64,000 bases of DNA from Eledone cirrhosa. Lineage: Eukaryota. Positions 12,050-25,150 of this stretch are shown one piece after another. Positions within the stretch are counted from its first letter, which is position 1; the number at the start of each line of letters is the position of its first letter. Made by a program: the position numbers and the translations under genes. The DNA is taken from the NCBI GenBank assembly GCA_964016885.1, contig OZ024753.1, positions 35,836,001 through 35,900,000 on the forward strand. The letters run 5' to 3'. Below the pieces are notes generated by a model that saw nothing but the letters and a program-made list of their open reading frames with translations, was not told the origin of the DNA and did no database searches.

Positions 12050-14672
12050 ATGCTAGCCGGAGACTTCAATGGTCATGTTGGACAGCTCCAGGATGGTTAC
12101 ACTGGGGTACATGGTGGGCACGGTTACGGTTCAAGAAATGAAGAAGGAGTGAGACTTCTTGAATTTTGTGATGCAGGTACATTGACTATTTGCAACACAA
12201 ACTTCCAGAAACCTGCCAATCACCTAATAACCTACAAATCTGGTGAGCACATAAGCCAGATTGACTTCTTACTAGTTAGGCAGCGGGACAGGCAGATAGT
12301 GTCTAATACCAAGGCATACCCTGGGGAAGAATGTACCCCACAGCATAGGTTAGTTGTTAGTGATATCTCAGTAAGCAAGAGATGGAATGAGACATATAGG
12401 AAGGTGTGGAGAAGAAAGGTCTGGAAGCTAAAAGACCTTTTACTCAAATACAAATTTAGGAAAGCCCTTCAAGATGTATATGACGAAAAATAAGACGATT
12501 TAGAGACGTATGACATAGATAATAACTGGAATTTCTTACGTGACAACTTGCTGCAGGCTACTGATGAAACTTGTGGCTGGAGCAGAGCTCCAACCAGACA
12601 GAGAGTGACCTGGTGGTGGAACAGCACAGTAGATAAGGCTATTAGAGACAAAAGACTAGCATGGAAGGCTTGGAAAAAGGGTGGGAGTAGGGAAGAATAT
12701 ACAGCCATTAAGAGAGAAGCTAGGCGTCAGGTGTACTTAGCACGCAGGGAGGCAGAGAGTAGGAGGTTTGCCAATGTTCTGCGACGGGAAGATCAGAGGC
12801 GTGCGGTGTTCCACATTGCAAGGCAGTGTGTCAATGCAAATCAGGATGTTGTTGGAGATAAATGTGTCCGGGATGATGCTGGTGTACTTAGTGTCACGAA
12901 TGATCAGAAAAAGGAGGCCTGGAAATGTCATTATGAGAGACTGATGAATGTGGAGAACAAATGGGAGAGAGAGAAATTACCCTTGGTAGATCCGACAGAG
13001 GGACCAGCTATTGAGATTGACGAATATAGGGTCCAAGAGGCGATTAGGGAAATGAAAAATGGTAAGGCTGCCGGACCATCGGGAATAGTTGCTGAGATGC
13101 TGAAGGCATCAGGGGACGTAGGCACTAAACTGGTTGCACGCATCATCAATCAGGCTATATATGGTGGTGTCATACCCAAAGAATGGTGCAGCAGAATTCT
13201 CATAAATTGCTACAAAGGTAAAGGGGATGCTTTGGAGAGGAGCAATTATAGGGGTATAAAACTGATAGATCAACTAATTAGAGAAAGGGTCAAACTAGAT
13301 GAGATGCAGTTTGGTTTTGTGCCTGGGAAGAGTACAACAGATGCCCTCTTCTTGGTGAGATAATTGCAAGAGAGGTTCTTAGAGAAGAATAAGCCACTAT
13401 ACTTAGCCTTTGTTGACCTAGAGAAGGCCTTTGATAGGGCACCCCGATCTGTCATCTGGTGGTCCCTAAGGAAGCTAAGTGTTGAGGAATGGCTTGTGAG
13501 GACAGTGCAAACTTTGTACAGAGGTTCTCTCAGTAAAGTCAGGGTAGGAATGGAGTTTAGTGAGGAATTCCAGATACAAGTAGGAGTACATCAAGGTTCG
13601 GTCCTCAGCCCGCTCTTGTTCATTATAGTCCTCCAAACCATAACAGAGGAGTTTAAGACTGGCTGTCCATGGGAACTTCTCTATGCTAACGATCTGGTTC
13701 TTATAGCAGAATCAGTAGAGGAGCTAGAGAATAAATTCTGGCTATGGAAACAGCAGTTGGAAGCAAGAGGACTGAGAGTGAATCTAGCTAAGACAAAAGT
13801 GTTGATGAGTAGAAAAGAGGACAAAACCCTGATTCCGTCAGGGAAATGGCCATGTTCGATATGCAGAAAAGGAACTGGCATCAATTCTATAAAATGCACA
13901 CAATGCAGATCCTGGGTACACAAGAGATGTAGCGGGATAGCAGGCACACTAACAGGTAGGGAGAAATATGTATGCAGTAGATGTACAGGGAAATTAGACA
14001 GTAGAAGTCGCATTGATAGACACATTTTTCAAATGCAGGAGGGCGCTATAGAAGTGGTGGATAGCTTCCGGTACCTAGGAGATCAGATTAGCATGGGAGG
14101 AGGGTGTTCCGAGGCCATAGTATCTAGAATAAGGACAGGTTGGAAGAAGTTTAGGGAGCTGCTTCCTCTGTTGACGAAGAAGGGTTTCTGCCTGCGTACG
14201 AAAGGCCGGTTGTATGATGCCTGTGTGAGGAGCGCGATGCTGCATGGTAGTGAGACATGGGCAGCAACTGCAGAGGATATGCGACGGCTGGAGAGAAATG
14301 AGGCAAGCATGCTCCGTTGGATGTGCAGTGTAAATGTGCGTGAACGACCCAGCATAAATGTGTTGAGAGAGAAACTGTGTCTGAGAGGGATAGAATGTAG
14401 TGTGCGGGAGAGGCGACTGAGGTGGTATGGACATGTGATGCGCATGGAGGATGACCGATGGGTGAAGAAGTGCCAGGAATTGCCAGTTGAAGGAAGACGT
14501 GGTAGAGGTAGCCCACGAAAAACATGGGCGGAGGTGGTGAGAACAGACCTCAGATCATTGAAGCTCATGGTGGAGATGACGAGGGACCGTGACGAGTGGA
14601 GAGATGCTGTGCTGAATAAGACCCGTCCCACCCTTGCAAGCAGGGAAAAGCGGACGTAAAATGATGATGATG
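12050..14672 (+). mobile_element. RTE-clade LINE family 1, 5'-truncated, inactive (APE C-terminus + RT)
   Basis: GDFNGHVG...SQIDFLL (AP endonuclease), QFGFVPGKSTTDA, FVDLEKAFD, GVHQGSVLSP, LLYAND (YADD mutated), FRYLG, RRLRWYGHV. In-frame stops at 12491 and 13361; (TGA)n tail; (TA)n flanks. Confidence 0.95.
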
Positions 14673-15149
14673 ATATATATATATATATATCTATATATAT
14701 ATCTATATATATATCTATATCTATATATATCTATATATATATCTCTATATATATATCTATATATATCTCTATATATATATCTATATATATCTCTATATAT
14801 ATATCTATATATATCTCTATATATATATCTATATATATCTCTATATATATATCTATATATATATCTATATATATCTCTATATATATATCTATATATATCT
14901 CTATATATATATCTATATATATCTCTATATATATATCTCTCTATATATATCTATATATATCTCTCTCTATATATCTATATATATCTCTATATATATATAT
15001 ATATCTATCTCTACATATATATATATATCTATCTCTATATATATATATATATCTATCTCTATATATATATATATATCTATCTCTCTATATATATATATCT
15101 ATCTCTATATATATATATATATCTATCTCTATATATATATATATATCTA

Positions 15150-15198
<49 letters not shown>

Positions 15199-15201
15199 CT
15201 A

Positions 15202-15331
<130 letters not shown>

Positions 15332-16125
15332 ATATATATCTCTATATATATATATCTATATCTATATATATATATATGCTATATGCACATACGATAGTTT
15401 CACGTTTAAAATGTGAGCTGAAAAACTTCAATTAATTAAGTTTGTCTTTGTAATTTAAAGACAAGATCTTTATATATACTTACATAGAGACACACATACC
15501 TACAGACATACCGACATACATACAGATATACATACTTACATACATACATATATACATACGTACATAATACAGATATACACACCTACAGACAGGCAGATAC
15601 ACACCTACAGAATTAGAGATTTGAAAGCTTAAACATACAATTTATTTTATTTTTCCTTCAATTTCAATCATATTGATCATCTTAATTAACAAGTTACATG
15701 TTGATAAATTTATAAAATACTTAAATACCCCTTAATATCAAAAGTATTGATAGATACTAACTAAACTACATATGATAATCATAGTGAGAGATTAGTTCCT
15801 CCTTGCCCCTCTCTCCCTCCTTGTTGCTACTCCCACTTCACCCCAGCCAAACCCCTTCATTAGTGACAAATTAAACAGCTGTTTGATGTGACACTAATTG
15901 GAGAAAAAAAGAGCATCATAGCTGTTTAATGAACAATGAATGCCATTACTGAATGTTAAGAGAAACAGCATCGGTTTAAGTAGCATTCCAATTATGGTGT
16001 CAACAACATACTTAACAACTGCTTTTTATTACAACAGCATAATATCTGAGGGCAGTGAGACAGAATCGGGAGAGCATTGGATAGGATACTTTACTATATT
16101 GCACCTAAAGCTATTAACAAAAGGA

Positions 16126-16385
16126 TGGTAGCCCAATGGTAGTTTTGATAGAACTATTAGTAAAAACATGGTAGCCTAATGGTAGTTTTGATAGAACTAT
16201 TAGTAAAAACATGGTAGCCCAATGGTAGTTTTGATAGAACTATTAGTAAAAACATGGTAGCCCAATGGTAGTTTTGATAGAACTATTAGTAAAAACATGG
16301 TAGCCCAATGGTAGTTTTGATAGAACTATTTGTAAAAACATGGTAGCCCAATGGTAGTTTTGATAGAACTATTAGTAAAAACATA
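16126..16385. repeat. 43-bp minisatellite, ~6 copies
   Basis: Unit tggtagcccaatggtagttttgatagaactattagtaaaaaca. Confidence 0.95.
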
Positions 16386-16586
16386 GTAATACTATCTACT
16401 AGTCGCAAATCCAGGCAGAAGGAGCAACATGAAATAAAGTGTCTTGCTTCACGATTGTGAATCCAATTCTCTAACCACTGAGCAAGATCAACAACAGTAA
16501 GAAAACAACAAAGAGAGAACAGAGTTTTATGAATGTCATTAGTTAACACTTGAATGAGAAAAGAAAAAGTGAAATAAGTGCTGACA

Positions 16587-16621
<35 letters not shown>

Positions 16622-17492
16622 GAGAAAACAAAGGCAAACAGGACACCTACAATAAACAACTTGCAGCACAAAATATTTTACGAGCTTCAGAAAATTCTCA
16701 GAACGATGAGAATGATATAAAATAAAAAAAAATAAATAAAAAATCTTGAAAAAAATGATTGGAAATTTTGCAATTGAAAATATATTTTATTGAGGTTACA
16801 AAAGCAAAACACAACTAAATATTAAATCAAATCTATAAGGTATGCCATAATGGGTGAGATTTAAAGCTAGAGAATCGTAGGAACAAGCAATGTGTATATA
16901 TGAAGAAATGTTGAAGCAACGGAAATAAAAATCAATAATATTATTATTAATTTTTTTTTCTTTTTTATCTTTTTGTCCTGTGAAATATTTTTCATTCTTT
17001 ATTAAAAAACAAAAACCAAAAAAAAAACAAGAAAGAAAAATACAAATAAAAATATATAAAAGGAAAGTTTATTGCTAGAAGGTTCCTTGGGTAAATCTGG
17101 ATTAGAAATTATTATTTTTTTCTTTTAATTTTCTTTTAAACTTTGAAAGATTAATAACTTGACAGAAAGACATGTTGGAAGTAACTTCTAAATAGATATA
17201 GTACTTAACCTCCCATCTCACCCCCCAAAATACAAACCCCATTTCATTGCTGTTTAGTGCAGGGCCCTGACAAGGGTTCTATTTAGTATAATGTGAGGTA
17301 GATTGATGAGTGTAAAATGTTACAGATGGCCACACATCCTCCTCCACCACCCAAACAGCTTTCATAATCAGTTATCGATTGGTAGGTGGGTGGTTAACCC
17401 TAACCAGTGGTGAAACAGTTCCAAATCTCTAAGTGGATTTTAAAATCAGAAGACAAAATACCAGGAACAGATACTGTCCAAGCAGCCCAGTC

Positions 17493-17662
17493 CAATTCTG
17501 TCCTAACTCATTTCCCTGGACTTTATTTTATTCACCAACCTGGTCCCATGCTCAAACAATTCTGTCCTAACTCATTTCCCTGGACTTTATTTTATTGACC
17601 AACCTGGTCCCATGCTCAAACAATTCTGTCCTAACTCATTTCCCTGAACTTTATTTTATTGA
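17493..17662. repeat. 64-bp tandem duplication, ~2.6 copies, at a SINE B tail
   Basis: Unit caattctgtcctaactcatttccctggactttattttattcaccaacctggtcccatgctcaaa. Confidence 0.9.
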
Positions 17663-18112
17663 CCCTGAAAGGATAAAAGGCAAAGTTGACCTCTGTGGTA
17701 TACCAAACTTAGAGTGTAGAAAGTTGGAACAAATACCACGAGATATTCTCACACTCTAACGATTCTGCCAATTTTCCACTTGTAAATAAAAGGGTTAACT
17801 CTTAGCATCCTGCAATGATTTAATACTAGCCTAGTATTAGGGTCGGTTATTCCTTTATATTTCTTTCTCACTTCCATTCTCTCACTCTTTATCCTTCCCT
17901 GGAAGAAATCTGCAGAATTCAGGCCTGGAGAGGAGATGGGCTTCACCAGGTTTTTAAAGATACTATAAACATCTGAAAGAACAAACTACATTAGCAAGAC
18001 ATTCTTGAAAAGTACAAAATAACACTAATACGTCATCGCATTACAAATGAAAGTCTTTACTCTAATACTGCAAATTTCCACATCTGTTTGCCAGTAAAGA
18101 TGCTATAAACAT

Positions 18113-18428
18113 TTAACCCTTTAGCATTCATCTGGCCAGAATTCTCTCATTTCTTTCTGTTCAAACTGACTGTAACTGGCCACTCATACAGATGTTAAGG
18201 TATTGTTCTCCTTTAGCATTTAAATCGGCTGCATCTAGCCAGAATATTCTCACTTCTTTCTGTTCACACCGGCTGTAAATGGCCGCTCATACTGATGCTC
18301 AGGTATTGTTCTCAAAATAAATAACATCAAAATCTCATAGTAAGGTAAAGTGTTTACCATATTATGTGAGGTAAAGTGTTTACCATAAAAATACAATAGT
18401 AAATATAGAGTAAATACTAAAGGGTTAA
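18113..18428. mobile_element. piggyBac-type MITE with an internal duplication
   Basis: TTAACCCTTTAGCATT...TACTAAAGGGTTAA; left ~90 bp duplicated. Confidence 0.85.
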
Positions 18429-19160
18429 ATTAACAAACTCATTTCAATATTTTCTATTAAATCATTACATGATGTTATGAGTTAAAGCAGAGACATAGGT
18501 TTTTTTTGGTCAACAATTGTTTCACTCTTAGGATGTTGATCTTCAGTGTGTGTCCATAAAGATATCCATGTGTGTACAAATAAACACACCACAGAATGTG
18601 TTGTGTCTGTGTGTTTGAAAGACAGCATGTACACACTGTAAGAAGAAATAATCCAGATATTTGTGCAGAGGATGGGAAAAAATTCCTACTTAAATACCCT
18701 TAAGATATCAATGTAACACAAACTGTTATAAGAGAGAGAGAGAGAGAGAGAGAGAGTGAGAGAGCGAGAGAGAGAGAGAGTGAGAGAGTGAGAGAGCGAG
18801 AGTGAGAGAGCGAGAGAGAGAGAGCAGATGGAGATTTAACAATGAGAACAACTTTGACAGAGCTGTCAAATATACTTAGTATATTCTCAGGCTGAATGAG
18901 GGAATATATATATATATATATACATATATATACAATATATATATACAATATATATATATATACATAATATATATATATACATAATATATATATATATACA
19001 TATATACACAATATATATATATACATACATATATACACAATATATATATATATACATAATATATATATACATATATACAATATATATATAAATAATTTAT
19101 ATATATATACATATATACACAATATATATATACATAATATATATATATATACATAATATA

Positions 19161-19262
19161 TAGGGTGTCCCCCCAAAATGTATACATACTTCAACAGCAT
19201 TCTAATAAATATTGCTAGTACAGGTAATCAAAGTGTGCATACATTTTTTGGAACACCCTGTA
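19161..19262. mobile_element. Tc1/mariner-type MITE (~100 bp)
   Basis: TA-(C)AGGGTGTCC...GAACACCCTG-TA inserted in (TA)n. Confidence 0.8.
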
Positions 19263-20044
19263 CATATATATATGTATATATATATATATGTATATATATA
19301 TGTACATATATATATATGTACATATATATATATGTACATATATATATATGTACATATATATATGTATATATGTATAAGTAGGAAGTGGAAGATATACATT
19401 AGTTATATAATTACATACACAATGCCATGGAAGGCAGGTAAATGTGCAGAATCAGGGTGGAGTTATTATATTGTTGGAGTCATGAGAGGGGGGGGGGGCG
19501 ACTAGAGCAGACAGAATGTTTATGGTTGACCTAGCAAGATGGCTGCTCAATGAGAAATAAAAAAAAATGTATATATATATATATATATACAAAAAAGAAT
19601 ATAAACAAAAAAAATTCACAGACTGGTGTAAATATTTTTTTCTTTGTATTTATTTTACATTATATAAAAAGGTTTACCCCCAGCTACAGATCATTATCTG
19701 GGGGTCTTTTTCATAAATATGTAATTACTGGGCTAGTTTCTTCAGTGAAAGTGCATGGTATTTGGATGTATGAGGCTCAGCTGTAGTCTAACTATGAAGG
19801 AGTGATGCTAGGGCTCTGAAATCTTACATGCATTAATTTCAACTCTTTTTAGTAACAACTTCATTATTTAAATGCTAAAGGGTTAAACCCAATTTCTTAG
19901 AGGAGGGGAATGACGACAGTGGTACACAGTGTTTCTTGACCAGAGGAAATCAGAAAATTCAAAGAATGTTATTAATTCACATACCAGAACACTAATACGT
20001 ATCACCATGGCTTGTTTTTTATGACTGGATGCCCTTTATAATGA

Positions 20045-20310
20045 CACATTACAGCATGTAATGGGAGCTTTTTTTGTGGCACCACCACTAGCACCTTACA
20101 AGGTGGACTGGGTGCTTTATTGTCTTGGCACTATCACTACCACCTCTCAAAGTGGACTGGGTGCTTTTCTGTCCTGGCACCACCACTAAACCTTACAGGG
20201 TGGATTGGGTGCTTTTCTGTCCTGGCACCACCAGTACAAGCTTAGAGTGTGGACTGGGTGCTTTATTGTCTTGGCAGTAGCACTACCACCTCACAGGGTG
20301 GACTGGGGTT
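20045..20310. repeat. Degenerate ~45-48-bp tandem array derived from a SINE-internal module
   Basis: ggtggactgggtgctttt..gtcctggcaccaccacta repeated 5-6 times. Confidence 0.75.
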
Positions 20311-20681
20311 CACAGGCAGGCATGGGGGTACTTACAAGTCTCTGGCTGTTATAATGTGTTAAGGACTGGATCCCATTGGGAGGGAGGATTTGCCTCTGGA
20401 AGCTTTGGCTGAAAGAAAGGTCTCTGTGGCTGGTGTAAGTTCATGCACCAAACAGTGAGTTCAAATACAGATCTCTCCTTGATGACATCACTGCAGTGTT
20501 AGATGTAGTTAAGGGACAGTTGCTTTTGACAGGACCTACTGGCAGGTGCACCTGAAGACCCTGCCACAAGACCCTCCCACGAATAAGTGGGTAAAAAAGA
20601 AGAAAAAAAAATCTACTCTAATACTGAAATGTATATTGACATCTCTCACACACACATATATATATACATATATATATATAC

Positions 20682-20933
20682 CATCATCATCATTTTACAT
20701 CCGTTTTTCCCTGCTTGCAAGGGTGGGACAGGTCTTCTTCAGCACATCATCTCTCCATGCTTCACGGTCCCTTGTCATCTACTCTGTGAGCTTCAGCGAT
20801 CTGAAGTCAGTTCTCAGCACCTCCACCCATGTTTTTCATAGTCTTCCTTCCACCGGGATTTCTTGGCAATTCTTCACCCAGAGGTCATCTTCCATGCACA
20901 TCACATGGCTATACCAATGCAGTCTTCTCTCCA
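20682..20933 (-). mobile_element. RTE family 1, 3' fragment
   Basis: Reverse-complement similarity to 14405-14672 (ERRLHWYSHVMCMEDDLWVKNCQE). Confidence 0.85.
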
Positions 20934-21487
20934 GCTGGATATATATATATATATATATATAACCGGCCCACTCTGTAAATAGGGTTAGTGTTAGGAAGGG
21001 CATCCAGGCATAGAAACCAAGACAGAAACAGTTCTGTATGAGCAACACTCAGTCACCTGACCTGACTTGCTTCAAATTGGACAACCCGTCTAACCCGTGC
21101 TAGTATGGAAAATAGACATTAAACAATGATGAAACGATATATATATATCATCATCATCGTTTAACGTCTATCTTCTATGCTTGGGGTGGAGCTCGTCAAA
21201 TCAGACCAAGGAAACAATGTTTCCACTGGTTTTTCCAATTGCTAATACTATCTGTTGGTCACAAATTCAGGCAGAATTATATATATATATATATAATTTC
21301 TAATTAGTATTTTAAACAAAATGTCATTGTTTAATAACTTTTTGTTTACTCTAGCTGAATGTAATGTTTTATCCAACAACAGATTTTAACATTATAATTG
21401 TTTTTATATCATGTATTTTATGAATGAGGAAAGTCTGTTTAGTAAGTTGAATCAACCATAATAATATGCCATTTATGTTTGTATATA

Positions 21488-22420
21488 ATCATCATCAACA
21501 TCAACGTTTAACGTCCGTGTTCCACGCTTGCATGGGTTTGGACGGAGGTTTTCCCACTTGAGGCAAGAGTGATTGTCTTGCTCGCATAGGACTGTCTGGC
21601 AGGTTTTCTACAGTTGGATGCCCTTCCTAACACCAACCACATTTACAGTGTGGGTCTGGGAGGTTTTTACTGTGTTGCCTACACGCCCACATTACAGCGT
21701 GGACTGTGTGTTTTTTTGTCGTGACACCTACACGATCTCATTTGTTTCGGCCTGGATGGTGTGGCACCAACATAACTTTACATAGAAGGGGGCGGTGTGA
21801 ATGGGGTGGGGGTGGTGGGACGGGGGTGTATTTTGTTAGAGATGCCTACTGACTGTAGTAGGTTTTACTTTGTATTTAGGTAAGGCGGGTCTTCTCTATT
21901 ACTGAGTACCGCCAAAGGTCTCGGTCCAGTGACATTGTCTTGGTGAGGTGTAAGTGTGTGAGGTCGGAGTTTATCAGCTCGTCCCAGGTTTTTCTGGGTC
22001 TGCCTATTCCGTGGCTACCGCCTATTTTTATTGCCCTGCACTTTGTTATACAGCTATCGTCCTTCATGCGCATCACGTGACCATACCAACGTAGCCTTCT
22101 CTCTAGTAAACAACATCTGATCCCTCTTATTTCTAATTTTTTCCTTAGTTCGTTTATGCTTTGTCGTTCACGTATATTACTATTACACATCCAGCGGAGC
22201 ATGCAAGCTTCGTTTCTCTCCAGTCTGCGTATATCCTCTGCACACAATGCCCAGGTCTCACTGCCATGCAACATTGCTGTTCGTATGCAGGCATCGTACA
22301 GCCTGCCTTTCATTTTTAGGGAGAATCCTTTAGCGGCTAATAGTGGTATAAGCTCTCTGAACTTTTTCCACCCAGTTCTGACTCTAGCTACTGTACTTTC
22401 AGAGCACCCTCCCCCACTGC

Positions 22421-22424
<4 letters not shown>
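21488..22424 (-). mobile_element. RTE LINE family 2, 3' fragment
   Basis: Near-identical reverse complement of 5637-6569. Confidence 0.92.
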
Positions 22425-22465
<41 letters not shown>

Positions 22466-22671
22466 TCATGCAAATTTACACATACGTATGCACACACAAT
22501 GCATTTCCTATCTCAGTCATGTTGCTATAATAAGAAGTTCACTTCCTCATTACAAGGTCTTGGGTTCTAACCCTACATTTGTCCATGAAAAACAGTTATT
22601 TCTCGAAAGTGACTAAAACATTTAATTGTGTGTGTCATTTATACATACATGTTGAACATTTATATAGTTAT

Positions 22672-23334
22672 ATCCTAGAAGGATCCATAGAAGAGGCTGA
22701 TAGCTTCTGCAATCTATGTGACCTAATTAAAAATGGAGGAGGATGCTCTGAGAGCATAATAATTAGGATAAGGGTAGACTGGAAGAAGTTTAAAGAGTTA
22801 CTCCCATTGTTAGTAACAAAATGTTTCTCCCTGAAAAGGATGACTATATGAGACTTGTGTGTCATGGTAGTGTGACACTGCATGGTAGTGGGACGCTGCA
22901 TGGTAGTGAAACATGGGTAGTGACTGCAGAGGACATGCATAGACTGGAGAGAAATGAAGCAATTATGCTTCGTTGGATGTGCAATGTAAGTGTGAGAGAA
23001 AAGCAGAGCTTGGATGAACTGAAGGGGAAAATGGGTTTAAGAGGAACCAGAAATGGTGTGCAAGAGAGAAGACTGCATTGGCATTGACATGTGATGCACA
23101 TGGATAACGATCGCTGGATGAAGAAGTGCCAGGAAATCTCAGTGTTGAGAAGTCGCAGTAAAGGTAGACCAAGGAAGACCTGGTTGGAGGTGGTGAGAGC
23201 TGATCTCAAATCGCTAAGACTCAGAAGAGATGACGAAGGAACACATCAAGTGGTGGAGGTATGCTATGCTGAAATGGACCCGTCCAACCCATACAAGTGT
23301 AGAAAAACATGTAAAAACGATGATGATGATGACA
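22672..23334 (+). mobile_element. Degenerate RTE 3' fragment
   Basis: EGSIEEADSF...GGGCSES...LHGSETW...RLHWH...GRPRKTW with frameshifts; (GAT)n tail. Confidence 0.85.
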
Positions 23335-24830
23335 TATAGTTTTAAAATATCATTCTTATCTTTATTCACTCCCAATAATCAACATAAACTTGTAAATGTA
23401 AAAGTTTAGTGACAATGATGACGCTTGTAATAATGATGATATATGTCAGTTTCAGCGAAAATAATAGATGATGTTTCGCTGTATTTATATATCCGATAGA
23501 TATCGCTACGTTCTGGTCCCAGTGGACAGAATAGTGAATGGAATGCGTTACTCCAGGAGGATGGCTAGGGAGATGTGTTGACAGAGACAGTCCAACTGGT
23601 GGAGCTCGTTCTTGCTGATGGACATCTCCATCTCTAGCGCATTATGAAGGGAGGAGACCCAGGACGCCGCTATGGGTCCTGGGATTAAACATATGGGGGA
23701 GTGGCTGGTGGTACTTTGTCAGTTAATATAAAGTTTGGACGCATCAAATCAAAATGTTTTAAAATCTAACAGAAAAAGAATCTTGCAGAGAAAATAAGCA
23801 AGAATTTTATGTTCTAACTTGACTTGAAGACGAGAAAATAACAACAAATGCCAATTCTAGTCAGTTACATGTAACAACAGATTAAAATTGATTAAAAAAA
23901 AAATCTGATTATAGATACAACAGTTAAAGTTAAAATATTGAAAATATAAGAGTTATCCACCCTTGATTTAACATGAACTTAGGTCAACATGTCATGTTTA
24001 TATCACAAGTGTTCCGGATTATTTGTGAAATAAATGAACATGGAATGATTTCCACCCCATCTATAGATAGAATTTATAAAATATAACTACATTGTAAACA
24101 AACCCATACGATGTTAATGTTTAAAATTTTGACAGTGCTGAATAAACAGTGAATGTTTTGTCAAGAGACAAAATACGGTGTAAGGTTGTATATTTTTATC
24201 GGGAGGGTTCGATTTTACAAATTAAAAGAATGATCAGAGATTTTATAATATAGATTTGTTGGATACTGAATGTTGCATGGTAAACAATTGGAATGTGACG
24301 AATATTTGTTTATATTCTAGCTTTGGAAAGATTTTGATCCCAACATGTTTAGGAACGATACATAGTCATTAAAATAGTGCACAATAAACATGTTTCTAGT
24401 TTGTAGACCAAATATAAACACAACAATCGATTGTCATGCTGAACACTGCAATAAACATTTAGAATTCTGTCGAGTTTGTATTAAGATATAAAGCCACATT
24501 ACGTTGGAGAATATAGCAAGCCATACAGATAAATCCAAGGGATAACATAAAAAATTTGCAATAATTAAAACTTACTGAAATATGCTGTAGATACTCGGTC
24601 AATATATAGAGCTAAATATGTTGGCAATACATACATCCTCACCATCCCGTATTAACTGAACAAAATACAACCAAATTTCTTCAAGCGATTGCAATCACAA
24701 AAGAATGAGGTGTTAAGTAGAAATCAATATTTTAAAGTCAAATAAGATATTTATTAATAGTTAAAACTTAATAAGACACGGGGGGTGTTGACGAAGCTTA
24801 CGTGACAAAATGATAACCGTATTTACTTAC

Positions 24831-24873
24831 GTCTATATTCCGCCATCAAACGTCTCAAGGCAGATCCTGCCAT
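24831..24873 (-). CDS. UBE2G2: Ubiquitin-conjugating enzyme E2 G2, first coding exon (43 nt)
   Basis: Minus strand reads ATG GCA GGA TCT GCC TTG AGA CGT TTG ATG GCG GAA TAT AGA C|gtaagt = MAGSALRRLMAEYR, matching the UBE2G2/Ubc7 N-terminus (human MAGTALKRLMAEYKQ). Perfect donor site. No further homologous exon recognised in the window. Confidence 0.9.
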
Positions 24874-25150
24874 CTTTGGCCTTTTATCAAATTTGTTTTT
24901 TCTTTTCAAAATTTCATTCCTTGTTTAACCAGTCAATGTGTTAGTCTAAATATTAACCTACCTATCTGTGACAAGAGCACGGACATAAACGTGACACCGC
25001 CATTACAAATAGGAAGTACTGCCGTAGTTACGTGCTATTACCGAGCTGGTGATTGGTTAGATAGTAAGTGTGTTTAAATTACTGGCCAACCAGCGTTGAG
25101 GTTATAGAACGCAGCCACAACGGCGCATTAGCTGTGTAATCGAAGAGCCG
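24874..25150. promoter_or_regulatory. Putative bidirectional promoter between UBE2G2 and TOP2
   Basis: Repeat-free, CpG-enriched stretch with CCGCCATT (YY1-like, 24997-25004), AGGAAGT (ETS-like, 25011-25017) and inverted CCAAT (25052-25056), between divergent start codons. Confidence 0.6.

Noticed and set aside
12050-14659. Active LINE or domesticated gene
   Set aside because: 5'-truncated, two stops, an apparent deletion after IKLIDQ and YADD changed to YAND.
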